Assembly: GCA_039621445.1 (NCBI GenBank)
Contig: CP154954.1
Span: 47,409,847 to 47,473,846 of the forward strand
Length of the DNA: 64,000 bases
Direction of reading: 5' to 3'
DNA from: Euglena gracilis
Taxonomy: Eukaryota
Shown here: positions 20,109-31,776 of the stretch, one piece after another
Numbering within the stretch: the first letter of the stretch is position 1
Layout: each line of letters starts with the position of its first letter
The notes under the pieces: generated by a model
Database searches by the model: none
What the model saw: the letters and a program-made list of their open reading frames with translations, nothing else
Told to the model about the DNA's origin: nothing
Position numbers and translations under genes: made by a program

Positions 20109-21445
20109 TCAGTTCGTATGCACAGAGTCACTCGGTTGGGTCCAGTCCTCCGCGGGGGATGCCGGGGGGCGGCGGGCGGGGGGACGGCGTGGGCGGAAGG
20201 AGTCGGCGGAGGGTGGGGGGGGCGGACGGCGCGGCGGGGGGGGGGGAATGGTTAGGATCAGAAGCAGCGCTGCGTCGGGGACGTCCGTGCTCCGTTGGGC
20301 CTCTTCGGCGGGGGTGCGGCCGTGTCCGGCTGGGTCCTCCGCTGCTGCGGGCGGCGGCCCGTCCTCCTCGGAGGAGGAGGAGGACACCACCACCACCGGG
20401 GCGGTGTGGGGCGCCACCGTCCCGTCCGTCTCCTCCGTCTTGATCGCCGCTGCATCGTCGTCATCCGCATTGTGGGTGAACACCCGCCGCCGGCGGCGCT
20501 GGCGCTGCGGGCGGGCCGACTCCGCCGGTTCTTCCGCCGGGCGGCAACGCCTGACGCCGTGACTCCCCCGACGTCCGCGTCTCCGTCCGCCGGGCTCGCC
20601 TCCTCCACCGTTGTCCAATCGTGGTCCACCCCCTCCGGTGGTGTGGGTGTCGCGTTGCAGGGAATTTCTTCCGCGGGGATGCGGGCGGGGGAATTCATGA
20701 ACGGGTTGGGAATCGGCTGCGGAGAGGGATCGGAGAAGGCGAAGAGGTTCGGGACGGTGTTGGAGGGGGGTCGCTCCCCCACCACGGCGCGGTGCAGTCG
20801 CTTGGCGGCCAGCACGCCCACCAGCTGCATCCAGGGAGGGGTGGTCCCGATCCACCGGGTGGACTGCGCCACCAGATGCTGCAGCGCGGGGCTGCGGACG
20901 ACGTCCTCGGATGCCAGGCCGGCCAGCCGGCCGGCCAGGTGCAGCACCACCGCGGACACGTCCTCCCCGAACTCCCGCACGCACAGACCACCCCCGCCAC
21001 TGACCCACGGTCCGCCACTGCCACCGTCACCGCCCGCCGCTGTGGTTGTGATCTGCTGCAACTTGCGCTTCAACAGGCCGGGGAGGACCCGCCAGGCGGA
21101 GTTGCCGGTGGGGGTGGGGGGTTGGGTGCCGGCGTTGGCCCGGCGGCGGTGGAGCCGCCAGGCGGTGACCCCCGCGGGGCTCAGACGGGGGGCGGGCGGG
21201 CCGGGCGGGGGAAGCGGAGGTGGTCCTGCTGGGGCAGCCGGAGGGTGGTTTGGTTAGGGGTCGGCGGAACATCAGGGACGGGTGGCGGGAATGAATGCGC
21301 CGCGCGTCCCAGCGGACGCCGCGACTGGGATTTGAAAAGCTCCATGGTAGTCGGGAAGAGTTCAGAGGGCTGGGGAGGCGGGCACGGCCCGGGGGGGGGT
21401 GGGGGTTGGGGGGTGCATCATGGGGTGTGATCGGGGTCGGACCAT
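20109..21445 (-). CDS. Hypothetical Pro-rich protein with a central helical domain (frameshifted)
   Basis: ATG at 21445 follows GTTGGATCC. Core FGEDVSAVVLHLAGRLAGL...PPWMQLVGVLAAKRL lies in ORF 20258-21073. Acidic/Pro-rich tail. Confidence 0.45.
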
Positions 21446-22329
21446 GGTACGGCGGGGAAGGATCCAACACCGACGGTGCGCTGCCGTTGTTGCGGCGGAT
21501 GAGTTGGGAGAGGAATCCCGGGGACGTGACGTGGGTCATCGGAAGGATCCAACAGCGGTGGCGGTGGTCGGAATACGTGTTCTTGGATCCATTCGACGAT
21601 GCACTCCGCCACCACCCCCGCGGACGTGTCGGAGTTGGTGTGGACCGCGTTGGGTATGGGGTTCTGGACGGGCATGTGGGTGGGCGGGTGCTGCCGCGGC
21701 TGGCTGTGTCCCACGGCGGGGTGGGGGGTGTGGACGCTGGTGTGTGCGCTGCTGTGGTGGCACGCGGGCAGCGCGGCCTCCAGGATGGGTCGGAGTGTGG
21801 GCCAACAGCCCTTGGCGAACGCGTGACTGCGGTGGGCCAAACCGGCGAATACCACCCCGGATACGGAGCAGGTTTCCAAGGATTGGCCACCGGACCGACA
21901 CTCCCGCATCCCCAGTTGCCGCAGGATCTTGGGAAAGGCGGGGTCGTCCCAGGGGATGTGCCGCCAGAGGGCGTCGGCCGCGGGCCGGCTCCGTTCGATG
22001 GCCGCCTCCACCCGGTCGATCCATTCGCACCACCGCTCGGCGGGGACGTCCGCGGGCCGGGCCGGGTAGCCCCGCCGGGCGCGGGCCAGTAGGCATTTCC
22101 AGTACCAAAATTCCGCGTCCGTCCACAGGCGCCCGCCCGATGGCCGGGGATGCCGCTGCCGATGCTCCGCCTCGAGCCGCTGGCGGTGTTCGGCCTGTTC
22201 GACCAGCGCGGCGCGCTTGCGCTTGGCGTACCACCGGGCGCTGGCGACCTTCTTGCGGAGTTTGCGGTGGCGGGTCCACTCCTCCGGGGTGACGGCGGCC
22301 CGGCGCACGCGCGGACATCGTTGGCGCAT
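21418..22329 (-). CDS. Hypothetical basic/bZIP-like protein, 303 aa (copy 2)
   Basis: Paralog of 80-991. Confidence 0.55.
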   Translation of the reverse strand: MRQRCPRVRRAAVTPEEWTRHRKLRKKVASARWYAKRKRAALVEQAEHRQRLEAEHRQRHPRPSGGRLWTDAEFWYWKCLLARARRGYPARPADVPAERWCEWIDRVEAAIERSRPAADALWRHIPWDDPAFPKILRQLGMRECRSGGQSLETCSVSGVVFAGLAHRSHAFAKGCWPTLRPILEAALPACHHSSAHTSVHTPHPAVGHSQPRQHPPTHMPVQNPIPNAVHTNSDTSAGVVAECIVEWIQEHVFRPPPPLLDPSDDPRHVPGIPLPTHPPQQRQRTVGVGSFPAVPWSDPDHTP

Positions 22330-23346
22330 CTACTGCCCGAACAGGTGCTGCAGGGAGCGGGAGAGGGTGGATTCGGCCAGGGGTACCCGGTGGTACTTCA
22401 CCAGATTTTGGGGGTGGGTGAGGAAACTCAGGGGGTGGTGCGCCGCCCGGGTGAGCTGGGGCCAGGACTCCGGGGTGAGTTCCGTGCGGGTGGGTGTCTT
22501 CGGGTGTGTGAGCCCCACGGACGGATCCGCCCCCCGGATGTTGGCCACCCGCTCCGGCTCCACCGCCTTCAGGTGCTGGTGATCCGCGGGGGCGGGCAGA
22601 CGGCGCCGTTCCATCTCGCGCTTCATGCGGTCGAGGAAGACGCAGAGGACCTCCGTCTCCTCGGGGAACCATTCGGCCACGTTCCAGTCGAGGCACCCCA
22701 GGGAGTTGTTGATGCAGATGCCGTTGAAGTTCTTGTCGACCTCCCCGGTGCGGGGGTTGACGACGGAGCAGGTGTGCTGGTTGTAGATCCCCTTGAATTC
22801 CCGGAAGCGCTCGTAGTGTCCGGTCATGGAGATGAGCTCCCGGTAGATGCTTTCCAGGAGTTTTTCGTTGGTCACGCGGAAGAGCAGGGTGTGGGTGACG
22901 TTCTGCCGGAGGAACGGGGACAGGGTGTGCCCCGAGGTCAGCGAGTGGTAGCACAGGCAGACGCTGAGCCGCTTGTGGCGGGCGACGGACAGCAGCCCCA
23001 CGAAGTGGCGGTCGGTCCGGAAGGCCTCGTTCATCCCCACGTCGTCCAGCCAGAGGAAGGTCCGGGGGATGGCGTGGGGGGCGACGGTGGCGTCCGGCCG
23101 CTGCAGGAACGCCGCGGAGAGGTCGGGGGTGTACTCCGAGGTGATGAACACCTTGTCCCGGAACGGCTGGAGCCACGCGTACGAGTTCGCGGCCTCGAAC
23201 AGGTACGTGGGCAGGACCAGGAAGTACTGGTCGAACACGTTGTTGCGGAGCAGCCACATGAGCAGCGTCATGACCCGGAAGGATTTGCCGCCCCCCTTCT
23301 GTCCCAGGCACAACAGGATGGGCGCCTGGTACGGGTCGCGGAACAT
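22330..23346 (-). CDS. A32/FtsK-HerA-like packaging ATPase, intact (~338 aa from the first nearby ATG)
   Basis: GQKGGGKS, FLWLDD, ARHKRLSVCLCYHS and LSPFLRQNVTHTLLF all in one frame. Confidence 0.88.
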   Translation of the reverse strand: MFRDPYQAPILLCLGQKGGGKSFRVMTLLMWLLRNNVFDQYFLVLPTYLFEAANSYAWLQPFRDKVFITSEYTPDLSAAFLQRPDATVAPHAIPRTFLWLDDVGMNEAFRTDRHFVGLLSVARHKRLSVCLCYHSLTSGHTLSPFLRQNVTHTLLFRVTNEKLLESIYRELISMTGHYERFREFKGIYNQHTCSVVNPRTGEVDKNFNGICINNSLGCLDWNVAEWFPEETEVLCVFLDRMKREMERRRLPAPADHQHLKAVEPERVANIRGADPSVGLTHPKTPTRTELTPESWPQLTRAAHHPLSFLTHPQNLVKYHRVPLAESTLSRSLQHLFGQ

Positions 23347-23402
23347 CTCCTGCAGCTGCGCCTGGAGGTCCACCTGGGGCGGCGACACCGCCGCGGTGTC
23401 GC

Positions 23403-23636
23403 CTAGCTGCGGGCGAAGTTGTACCGGGGCAGCCACGGCAGGCGCGCGGCGAGCGCCAGCGGGCGCTGCAGGACGTTGTTGTTGCGGGGCTCCTTGCCGC
23501 TGCGCCATCGGTTGGCGGGGCGGAATGCGCCGCCCCGGATCAGACCGTCGCGGGGGGTGAAGACGCGGGACTGCTTGGCCGCTCCGGGGGAGACGATGTG
23601 CCCGGCGACCGTGGACGCGGTGGAGCGGCGGGGCAT
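23403..23636 (-). CDS. Small basic protein (copy 2)
   Basis: Paralog of 2063-2299. Confidence 0.55.
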   Translation of the reverse strand: MPRRSTASTVAGHIVSPGAAKQSRVFTPRDGLIRGGAFRPANRWRSGKEPRNNNVLQRPLALAARLPWLPRYNFARS

Positions 23637-23657
23637 GCGCGAAGGATCCAACGACAC

Positions 23658-26600
23658 CTATTGACCGCTGGAGGCGAAGCTTTCGAGTGAGTCCCGGAAG
23701 CGGTTGCACCGGCGCCAGGCGGGGACCATGGCCTCGCGCAGGGGGGCGAAGACCCGCTGCAGGCGGGCCTGGCCGGGATGGATGACGTGGCGGGCCACGA
23801 CGTTGAACCGCCCCGGGGCGTACGCCTGCACGGGGCCCGGGCTGCTCCCCCCCGACGCGTACGCCTGCACGGGCCCCTGGCTCGGCAGCGGATCCACCAG
23901 GGCCGAGGGTGGTCCCATCCAGGCGGGGGAGTCCACGAACTGGGTGGGTAGGGGGGTGTTGTCGAAGATGCGGGCTGGCGGGCTGCTGCCGGCAAGCGTT
24001 TGGGTGGACGGGCTGTCGCCGATGATCGTTTGGGTGGAGAGGGTGGCCTCCGACCCGGTGGGAGCCGTGGACCGTCCGCTCCCCCCGACCACCGCGGGGG
24101 GTCGTACCTCGTGGAAAAAATTCCAGTGGCGCTTGGCGTCGGCCACTTCGGGGGGGTCGAACATGCGGTCGTCGTCGGGCAGTTGCACGTCCCGCGGGCC
24201 CTGCCATCCCGGTGGCAGTTTCCGCTGGCGAACGAGTTCGTCGAAGATGAACTTGCGCCGTGCGATGTGGTAGAACAGGTGCAGTTCCAGACGCACGTGT
24301 TTGTTGTCCCAGTGACTGGCCAGCCTCCGGGCCTCGACGCGGTCGCCCCTCCGGATTGCGCCCGTGAAGGCCTCCACCCAGTCCTCCGCCTGGGTGCGGA
24401 GGGTGTTGATCCAGCGCTGCGCGCGCACCAGAACGTCGCGGTTGGTGGGAAATTCGACATCCATCATCACGGGCCCGTCGCCCCCCACCCCCCCGGGAGT
24501 TCGGGCAGGTTGGTTTCGTTTGGGAGGTCGTCGACGACCTCGTCGTACACCTGCCATTGGTAGATAACTTTGTCGTCGTCGTCCTCACTGCGGGCTGTGA
24601 GCTGTGTGGACAGGGTCGGTTGTGTGGACTGGTTCGGGATGGTGAACTGCGTCGACTGTGACTGTGGCTGTGTCGATTGCGGTGCGGTGGATTGGGTGGT
24701 GATGAGGTGCCACGAGGCCTGCGAATCGTCGGGGGGGTCCGGCAACGGGTGCCATTGCTCGTGAAACAGGCGGCGGATGTTCCCCGCGCTGTCCTGGGGT
24801 CGCCAGTCGTAGCGGAACCGCATCATCCGGGACCCGTAGTCCCACCATTGGTTGCGGAATTCGGGGCGCATCGGCAGTGTCGGGGCGGGGCGGACCGGGG
24901 GTACGGGCAGCCGCGCGAGGGTCTGCCAGACCCCGAGTTCCGAGCCGGAGTTGGGGAACTCCCGGGCCACGGACGCCAACCACTGGTTGCGGACCGCCGC
25001 GAGTTGGACCAGGACCTCGCGCTGCGTGGGGGTCCAGTAGGCCGTCCCCATCCGCTGGTCGTTTACGACACCCTCCCATCGGGGTCCGGGGTCCCACAGG
25101 CCGTTCGCGGCGGCGTAGAGGACGACGTCCAGGTCGGTCTGCACCTCCTGGACGCTCTGTGGCACCTCTCGGTCGTCGTACGGCGGAATCTCCCGCCGGG
25201 GCCAGGTCCCCTGGATGCCGCGGAACACGCCGTGTTGTACCAGGTACTGGTAGGGGTATACCCACAGGCTGTTGTCGTCCATCCGGTTCCGGAGACGGGC
25301 CTCCAGGTTCCGGATCATTTTTTTCACGTCCGCCTTCATCGATGCGTCCATTTTTCCGCCCAGGATGCGCTCCAGGGCCGCGTCGTCCCGTAGCAGGGAC
25401 AACTGCGCGGCCACGATCGCCCAGTACCGGGCGAAGGTGTACGGGGTGCGGTTTCGCAGGGCATCCAGGTCGAGTTCGTCCGCGTGGTTGCCGAAGTCCC
25501 GCCGCAGCCTTCCGAGGATGCGCCGCTGCTGTTCCGCCGCGCTGCGCGATGCGGCCCGGGGGCTGGGTGTGTGATCGACGGGTGCGCCCGGCGGGGCCGG
25601 GAGTGCGATGACGGACGGGGTGGACGACGGGGTGACGGACATATCCGCGTCCCCCCCCTCCGGAGACCCGCCGGGGCTGCTGCCGATCAACGTGGCGGTG
25701 GAGGGGGTCGCGGTGGTCGCGGAGGCGGGGGGGGAGAGCCGGTCCACGTACGCCTGGGCCAGGGGGTGCAGTTCCATGCGCGGGGGCGGTTGTCCCGCAC
25801 GCCCCACGACGGACAGGGCCTGGGAGGGTTTCGGTGAGGACGCGACGGGTATCGGGGAGTCCGCGACGACGGTCGCGTTGCGCTTCTTCTCCTTCCGGGC
25901 CTCGTCCCGTAGTTTCCGCTGCTCGCGCTCCCACTCGGCCCGCCTCGGGGGGGCCCGGGTCCGGCCCTTGGGCGGTCCCCGTTTGCGCCCCGCGGGGGGA
26001 CGACCACGACCTGCGACAGCCGGATCATGTCGTCCGGACCGCCGGGCGGTACGCGCCGCCGGCTGGGAGTCTGCCAGCCGGTGGTGGTGGACGAGGCGGC
26101 CGCGGGGGTTCGCGGCCGCGGCCGCGGCCCGCTCCTCCTCCGCCTGCGCCTGGGACCGGGTGACCACCCGGCTCCGCCCGATGTTGGTGCGCGCGCGGTA
26201 CAGGTTGGGGTACAACTGCGAACCCACCCGGGCGAGGCGCCGCTGCACGGCGGCCCGCGCCAGTTCCGACCGGGGGACCTGGCTCCCGATGACGCGTCGG
26301 GGGCGGACCCCGCCCAGTCGCACCCGCAGCGGTGCGCTGGTGGGTGCCGGGGCCGGTGGTGGGGCTACGGCTCCCGAACCCGCCCCGGCGGGGGCGTCGC
26401 CGCCATGGACAACTGGGTGGCGTCTTCGTCGTCGTCCGCGTCCAGAACGGTGGCCTGCGTGTCGTCGGGAACGGTCACCGCGGACGCCGCGGACGGCGGC
26501 GGCGGCGGTGCCGTGGAGGGGGTGAGGGTGGAGAGCGGGGTGCTCGCGTCCGGGGAGAACAACGGTGCGGACGCGTCGTCGTCCGCCGCCGCCGGCGGGG

Positions 26601-27431
26601 GTGAATCCGAGTCGGAGAACAGCGGCATAGACTCCGCCTCGATCTTCTCCTCCGCCGCGGCGGCGACCGCCCGTTGCCGGGCAGCCTCCACCGCTTCGTC
26701 GCGCTTTTGTGAGCGCTGGAATTCGGCCTGCCGTCGATTCCGGGGCCGGGACGGCTCCGCCTCGTAGTCCGGTATCCAGGCGTCCTTGACGTTGTCCTGG
26801 GCGCCCACCGCGGCCACCCGGGTGGTGTCGTGCAGCGGGGGCTCGACGGCCGGCAGCCCCTTGTCGGTGTACTCCGCCAGCCGCTCCATCACCATGAGCG
26901 TCATGGTCGTCTTGTTGGCCTCGCTGATCACGTCGTGCTGCCAGTGCGCGTCGTTGATGTACGGGACGCCGTCCGTGGTGGATGACGTCGCGGCCCCCTC
27001 CCCCTCCGCCACCGGGTTGGTGCGGAAGTAGCCCCCCATGTCGGGGATGACGGAGTGGTCGCTCTTCAGCATGAGGTACGCGAACTCGGTGCGGGTGACC
27101 TTCCCCGTCTTCACCAGCTCCTTCCAGTGGGCGGCGAGGTAGCCCTGGGCCCGCCGGGTCATTCCGGCGATGCTCTGCAGCACCTCCGCATCCAGTTGCC
27201 AGTCGGAACCGGGGTCGGGCGGTTTCGCCCGCAGCCGCCGGTACAGCTCGCGGGTCAGCAGGGATCGGGTGTAGTCCGTCCACAGCCGGTCCAGGCGCCG
27301 GCGCTCCGCGCTGGTCAGGCTCCGCCCCACTGCGGCCCGCAGGCGGTCGTCGTGGTGAACGCCGCGGTGGTGTGGGTGATCCGCACCTCGGTGTCGTCGT
27401 CGACGACGGGAACGGTGGGTGCCGAGGCCAT
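23658..27431 (-). CDS. Large low-complexity protein (copy 2, several frameshifts)
   Basis: Paralog of 2321-6092. Indels at different positions from copy 1, mostly in G/C runs. Confidence 0.6.
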
Positions 27432-27530
27432 GCGTCGCTGGGATCCAACAGCGGGGGTGGTGGTTGCGATTCAATCAGTACTGCCAACTCGGCGAACAAC
27501 CCGGTTTGTTGGATCCTTTTTTCGCGCACC

Positions 27531-29144
27531 ATGTCGGACCACTACGCCGTCGTGGGACAGAACAATCGGAACCTGCTGGTGCAGTCGCGGCGCCTGGCGC
27601 CCTTCCACGAGGACATCACGCGCCGGCAGCCCTTCGAGCCGGCCAGTGTGGCCCCGGGCCAGTACACCCGCATCAAGCTGGATTTCAAGCACGCCACGGA
27701 CCGGGAGCTAGTGCTGAACGACATCCGGCTGCGCTTCGGCCTGGACTTCAGCGCCCGGCCCAACACGGGCAACGTCTTCGCCGTGCGGGCCCCGGACCTG
27801 AGCCGGGAGATGATGACCATCAAGATCAACGAGGACATCGTATTCCGCGCCGACCGCATGCGCGAGCTCACCCACCTCTACGTGATGAACGCCGCCAAGC
27901 TGGCGGGCGAGCGCAACGAGGTCCGCGACGCCTTCCTGATGAACGCCGGGGTGGTCCCGGCGGGCTACAGTCCGACCTTCAGCTACCGGACCGCGGACAA
28001 GGGCTGGTACGTCGACAGCGGCAGCCAGCTGTCCATCGACAACGTCAACATCAAGGTGAGCGACGTGACCCGCGCCGGTCTGGAGCGGGACGACGGTCTG
28101 CCCCGGATGATCTGGAGTGACAAGGTCACCGGGACGCCGTACAAGTTCGTCTTCGACATCAGCCTCAACCAGTTGTGCGGCCCCATCTTCCACCGCCTGC
28201 ACCTGCGGCGCGTGGAGTTCGTGCAGATCGACCTCATGTTCGAGCCGTGGGTGTCCGCCCAGCAGACCCAAAAATTCCTGCTGTTCGCCACCGACCCGTC
28301 CGGGGGCGCCCACCCCTACTCCGTGGCCCGCATCACCGACCTGGAGGTCCGGCAGTACCGCACCACCCTCCTGGACGGCATCCACGGGTTCACGCTGCCC
28401 CCGGCGCGCATGCTGTCGTGGCTCATGCACCGCTACAGCATGCGGGAGTACAACTTCGACTTCAGCAACCCGTCCAACTTCCTGGACATCCCCCTCAACG
28501 ACTGGGAGATCCGGACGAACATCGTCCGCATCTGGTGGATGCTGGCCCCGAAGAACCCCCAGCCGAACGGCAACGGCTTCGAGCCGCTGTTCGCGCCCTG
28601 CGAGCCCTACGAGCGCCTGATCGGCGTGGAGATCCGCTGGAAGAACGACAAGGTCCTGGACCTCGACACCCTGTTCCAGGTGTACCGCCACTACGTGCTG
28701 TCGGACAACAAGCGCTTCAGCCTGGCGGACCCCTACGTGCGCTTCCAGCGCCTGCTGGCCCCCGACCCCCCGGGGCGCCAGGTGGACACCGACCTCACCT
28801 ACTACACGTGGAACGAGACGACGCGCGACCCCAACCTCATCGGGCGCGAGCGCTACGAGATCCCCATGTACCACGTCGACCTCTCCATGAACATCCAGTC
28901 CGGGGTGCCGGGGGCGGAGATCGTGGGGGGCATCGTCAACGACACCAGCGACTACGTCATCCGCCTCAAGAACGTCATCCGCGACGACAGCGCCCCCACC
29001 AGCGACCCGTTTGTGCACGCCGCCGACGGGGTGCGGAAGATCTACGTGTGGATCGAGTACCAGACCCTCGTCAACCTCGCGGCCCACTCCAACCAGTTCT
29101 CGCGCTGCAGCCAGGTGGTCACCAAGCAGCTCAACGTACAGTGA
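27531..29144 (+). CDS. Major capsid protein (copy 2), 537 aa
   Basis: Near-identical to 6192-7805, with two compensating single-codon indels. Confidence 0.75.
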   Translation: MSDHYAVVGQNNRNLLVQSRRLAPFHEDITRRQPFEPASVAPGQYTRIKLDFKHATDRELVLNDIRLRFGLDFSARPNTGNVFAVRAPDLSREMMTIKINEDIVFRADRMRELTHLYVMNAAKLAGERNEVRDAFLMNAGVVPAGYSPTFSYRTADKGWYVDSGSQLSIDNVNIKVSDVTRAGLERDDGLPRMIWSDKVTGTPYKFVFDISLNQLCGPIFHRLHLRRVEFVQIDLMFEPWVSAQQTQKFLLFATDPSGGAHPYSVARITDLEVRQYRTTLLDGIHGFTLPPARMLSWLMHRYSMREYNFDFSNPSNFLDIPLNDWEIRTNIVRIWWMLAPKNPQPNGNGFEPLFAPCEPYERLIGVEIRWKNDKVLDLDTLFQVYRHYVLSDNKRFSLADPYVRFQRLLAPDPPGRQVDTDLTYYTWNETTRDPNLIGRERYEIPMYHVDLSMNIQSGVPGAEIVGGIVNDTSDYVIRLKNVIRDDSAPTSDPFVHAADGVRKIYVWIEYQTLVNLAAHSNQFSRCSQVVTKQLNVQ

Positions 29145-29152
29145 CCGCGCGA

Positions 29153-29548
29153 ATGGCAACGTTGGATAATTTCGCGACCGTCTACGGTCCGGGCTCCCGC
29201 GCCCGGCAGACCAGCTACGCCGACCGCCTGCGCAACCTCCAGTACAACCTCCCCGACTCCGCGGCGCGGGGGTGGGACCTGCGGTCCGCGCTGCCGGTGG
29301 CCCCCGTCCAGCCCTACGACCCGGGGATGCGCACCTCGGAGCGCCCCAGCCCCCTGATCGAGGAGCGGCGGACGCCGCGGGGGATGCAGGGCTATTTCGT
29401 GCCGCTGGTTCCCCGCCCCCAGCGCCGGGTGGGCGACACGGCTGACGGGGTGCTGCTGTACGACGCCCGCGGGAACGTCGGCGCGCAGTGGCTCCGGCGG
29501 ACCACGGCCCCGGTCCGCACCTACGGCCGCTTCCATCCCTACGTGTAA
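29153..29548 (+). CDS. Hypothetical protein (copy 2)
   Basis: Paralog of 7814-8209. Confidence 0.6.
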   Translation: MATLDNFATVYGPGSRARQTSYADRLRNLQYNLPDSAARGWDLRSALPVAPVQPYDPGMRTSERPSPLIEERRTPRGMQGYFVPLVPRPQRRVGDTADGVLLYDARGNVGAQWLRRTTAPVRTYGRFHPYV

Positions 29549-29577
29549 CCACCACCGTCCTTGGATTCTTCGGGTCC

Positions 29578-29886
29578 ATGGCGCTGTTGCAGAACACCAT
29601 GGTGCAGCCCCTGCATTTCGGGTCCCAGCTCATCCAGGAGCTGGGCCACGCGATCCACCCCCTGGTGCACGCCGTGGAGCAGCCCATCGACAACGTCGTG
29701 CGGAACACCACCAACGTGGTCTCGGGGGTCTTCCGTCTGAATCTGGCCCTGTTGGCCGCCCTTCCCTACGCCGCCGTGGCTTTCATGGGCTGGACCTTCG
29801 TCGGCAACTTCTTCCCCCGGGAGAAGCGCCGTCTGGAGGCGTCGGTGGGTTCGGCGGTGCGCCGGATCCGGCGCCGTCTCCTCTGA
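29578..29886 (+). CDS. Small membrane protein (copy 2)
   Basis: Paralog of 8239-8547. Confidence 0.65.
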   Translation: MALLQNTMVQPLHFGSQLIQELGHAIHPLVHAVEQPIDNVVRNTTNVVSGVFRLNLALLAALPYAAVAFMGWTFVGNFFPREKRRLEASVGSAVRRIRRRLL

Positions 29887-29917
29887 AACCACCCGCACCG
29901 TTGGATTGTACCGTGGC

Positions 29918-30607
29918 ATGGCGTGGTTGCTCGGCCCCCCGAACGATCCCCGGATGGTGGCCGGTGGCAAGCGGGGGCTCGACGAGCGCATCCGGCGGGA
30001 TCCCGTGCTGAACATCCTGTGGCGACAGCGACCCCAGCGGCCGGTGATCCTCACCGGGAACCTCATCGTCGGCGGGGGGCAGAAGCCCCTGGACCCGGCG
30101 CTGCCGCTGCCGGACCACCCCGAACGCTACCTCCACGTGGCCCTGCTCCCCGCGGACTACGAGAACGTCGCCAACGGACGGCCCATCGAGCACACCGCGG
30201 ACGGCGAGCCCATCGCCCGCAACGCATGGGAGCACCTCCGGTGGCAGGCGACGTACCACCCGTGGACCCTGGTGCGCGCCGTCTTCGAGACCTTCGGCCG
30301 CGCGGCGGGCTGGGTGGTGTGGAACTACGCGGACTTCGCGGCGCAGTTCCGCGCCTGGGACGGGACCTGGACGGGTCTCGTGCACCACAGCGCGCTGATC
30401 TGGCGGGGGTTGGTGGTCGCGGCGCTGACGCTGGGCCTCGTGGAGGTGGGGCCCCTCCTGGGCGCCCTGGCCCAGTGGACGCGGCTCGTGCGGGAGCTCC
30501 TGCGTGCGGCGTTCGGGTTGGCCGCGGATGCGGCGCAGGTCCTGTGGTGGTCCCTCGGCCGCCTGTGGGACGACGTTGTAGGCATGGTTGGCATCGGAGG
30601 ATCCTAA
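29918..30607 (+). CDS. Trp-rich membrane protein (copy 2)
   Basis: Paralog of 8579-9268. Confidence 0.65.
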   Translation: MAWLLGPPNDPRMVAGGKRGLDERIRRDPVLNILWRQRPQRPVILTGNLIVGGGQKPLDPALPLPDHPERYLHVALLPADYENVANGRPIEHTADGEPIARNAWEHLRWQATYHPWTLVRAVFETFGRAAGWVVWNYADFAAQFRAWDGTWTGLVHHSALIWRGLVVAALTLGLVEVGPLLGALAQWTRLVRELLRAAFGLAADAAQVLWWSLGRLWDDVVGMVGIGGS

Positions 30608-30639
30608 TCGCCACCGTTGGATCTTTTTGACAAAGCGGC

Positions 30640-31752
30640 ATGATTCACCGTCTGCGCATCAACAACTCCACCGAGTTCCTCCCCTCCCGGGGGGGCACGG
30701 TCCCCGACGACAAGGGAAAGGTGCAAATCGCCGGAAACTATTTTTATCCGGTGGGTGACAGCATGGTCACCCCGCCCGAGCCCCAGGCCTACAAGGACGT
30801 GAGCTCGGACCGCCGGGAGGGGCTGTCCAGCTTCTTCGCGTTCGGGAAGCGCTCCGCGGAGCGCGGGGCCTTCCAGCAGGCCCACATGACCCCGAGCGGG
30901 GAGCCCGGGGTGCTGAACCTGGCGCTGATGAACAACCAGGGGGTCCCCATCGCCGGGGCCCCCTTCAAGTGGGGCAACCGGCGCATGCGCACCGGTGCCA
31001 AGGGCATGTTCAAGTACGTGGACCGGGACTACTTCCAAACGGCCATCTCCCTCGAAAACGAGCGCGTGTCCTACGTGACCCAGATGATTTCGCTGGTGAT
31101 CGGCATGCCGGCCGAGAACGTGATCAACCTGTTCGGGTGGGACTTCTACGAGGCGCTGGCCGGGGACGCGGACCCCTACCCGGTGGGGGAGAACGCCCGG
31201 AAGGCGGTGGACCTGTACGCGAGCTACCTCAGCACGGCCGGGATCACCGAGGACGTGGCCCGGCGCAAACTGCAGCTCTTCAGCCGCTACGCGGACGCGG
31301 AGTGCTCCCCCGAGATCATCAGCAACTTCGGCGACAACGACCCCGAGTGGAGCCGGTCCTTCAACAAGCTCGCCCTGCTCATCGAGTACCAGCCCACCGC
31401 CATCCTGTTCGACCACGGATCCCTGGATCCCCTCGACGCCGCGGGGGTGATCCACGGCGACAAGGGGGCCCACAACGTGGGCCCGTTGTCCGAGGAAGCC
31501 CAAAACATACAGACCGCCGCCCGTGTAAAACCGATGTCCCAGAGCTTCGCGGACTCCAACCGACCGGGCACGAACATGCGGACCCGGAGCAAGGCGGCGG
31601 AGGCGGCAATGGCAGCAGAGGCCGCCATGGCGGCTCAAAAACAGGCCGAGATGCAACAACAACAGGCCATGGCACAACAACAGGCAATGGCACAACAACA
31701 GGCACAGGTATACACCCAACAAAATGCTTTAGCCCTCATGCCGAACGTGTAA
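30640..31752 (+). CDS. Hypothetical protein, 370 aa (copy 2)
   Basis: Paralog of 9301-10413. Confidence 0.75.
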   Translation: MIHRLRINNSTEFLPSRGGTVPDDKGKVQIAGNYFYPVGDSMVTPPEPQAYKDVSSDRREGLSSFFAFGKRSAERGAFQQAHMTPSGEPGVLNLALMNNQGVPIAGAPFKWGNRRMRTGAKGMFKYVDRDYFQTAISLENERVSYVTQMISLVIGMPAENVINLFGWDFYEALAGDADPYPVGENARKAVDLYASYLSTAGITEDVARRKLQLFSRYADAECSPEIISNFGDNDPEWSRSFNKLALLIEYQPTAILFDHGSLDPLDAAGVIHGDKGAHNVGPLSEEAQNIQTAARVKPMSQSFADSNRPGTNMRTRSKAAEAAMAAEAAMAAQKQAEMQQQQAMAQQQAMAQQQAQVYTQQNALALMPNV

Positions 31753-31776
31753 CAACACGACGTTGGATCCCTCGCC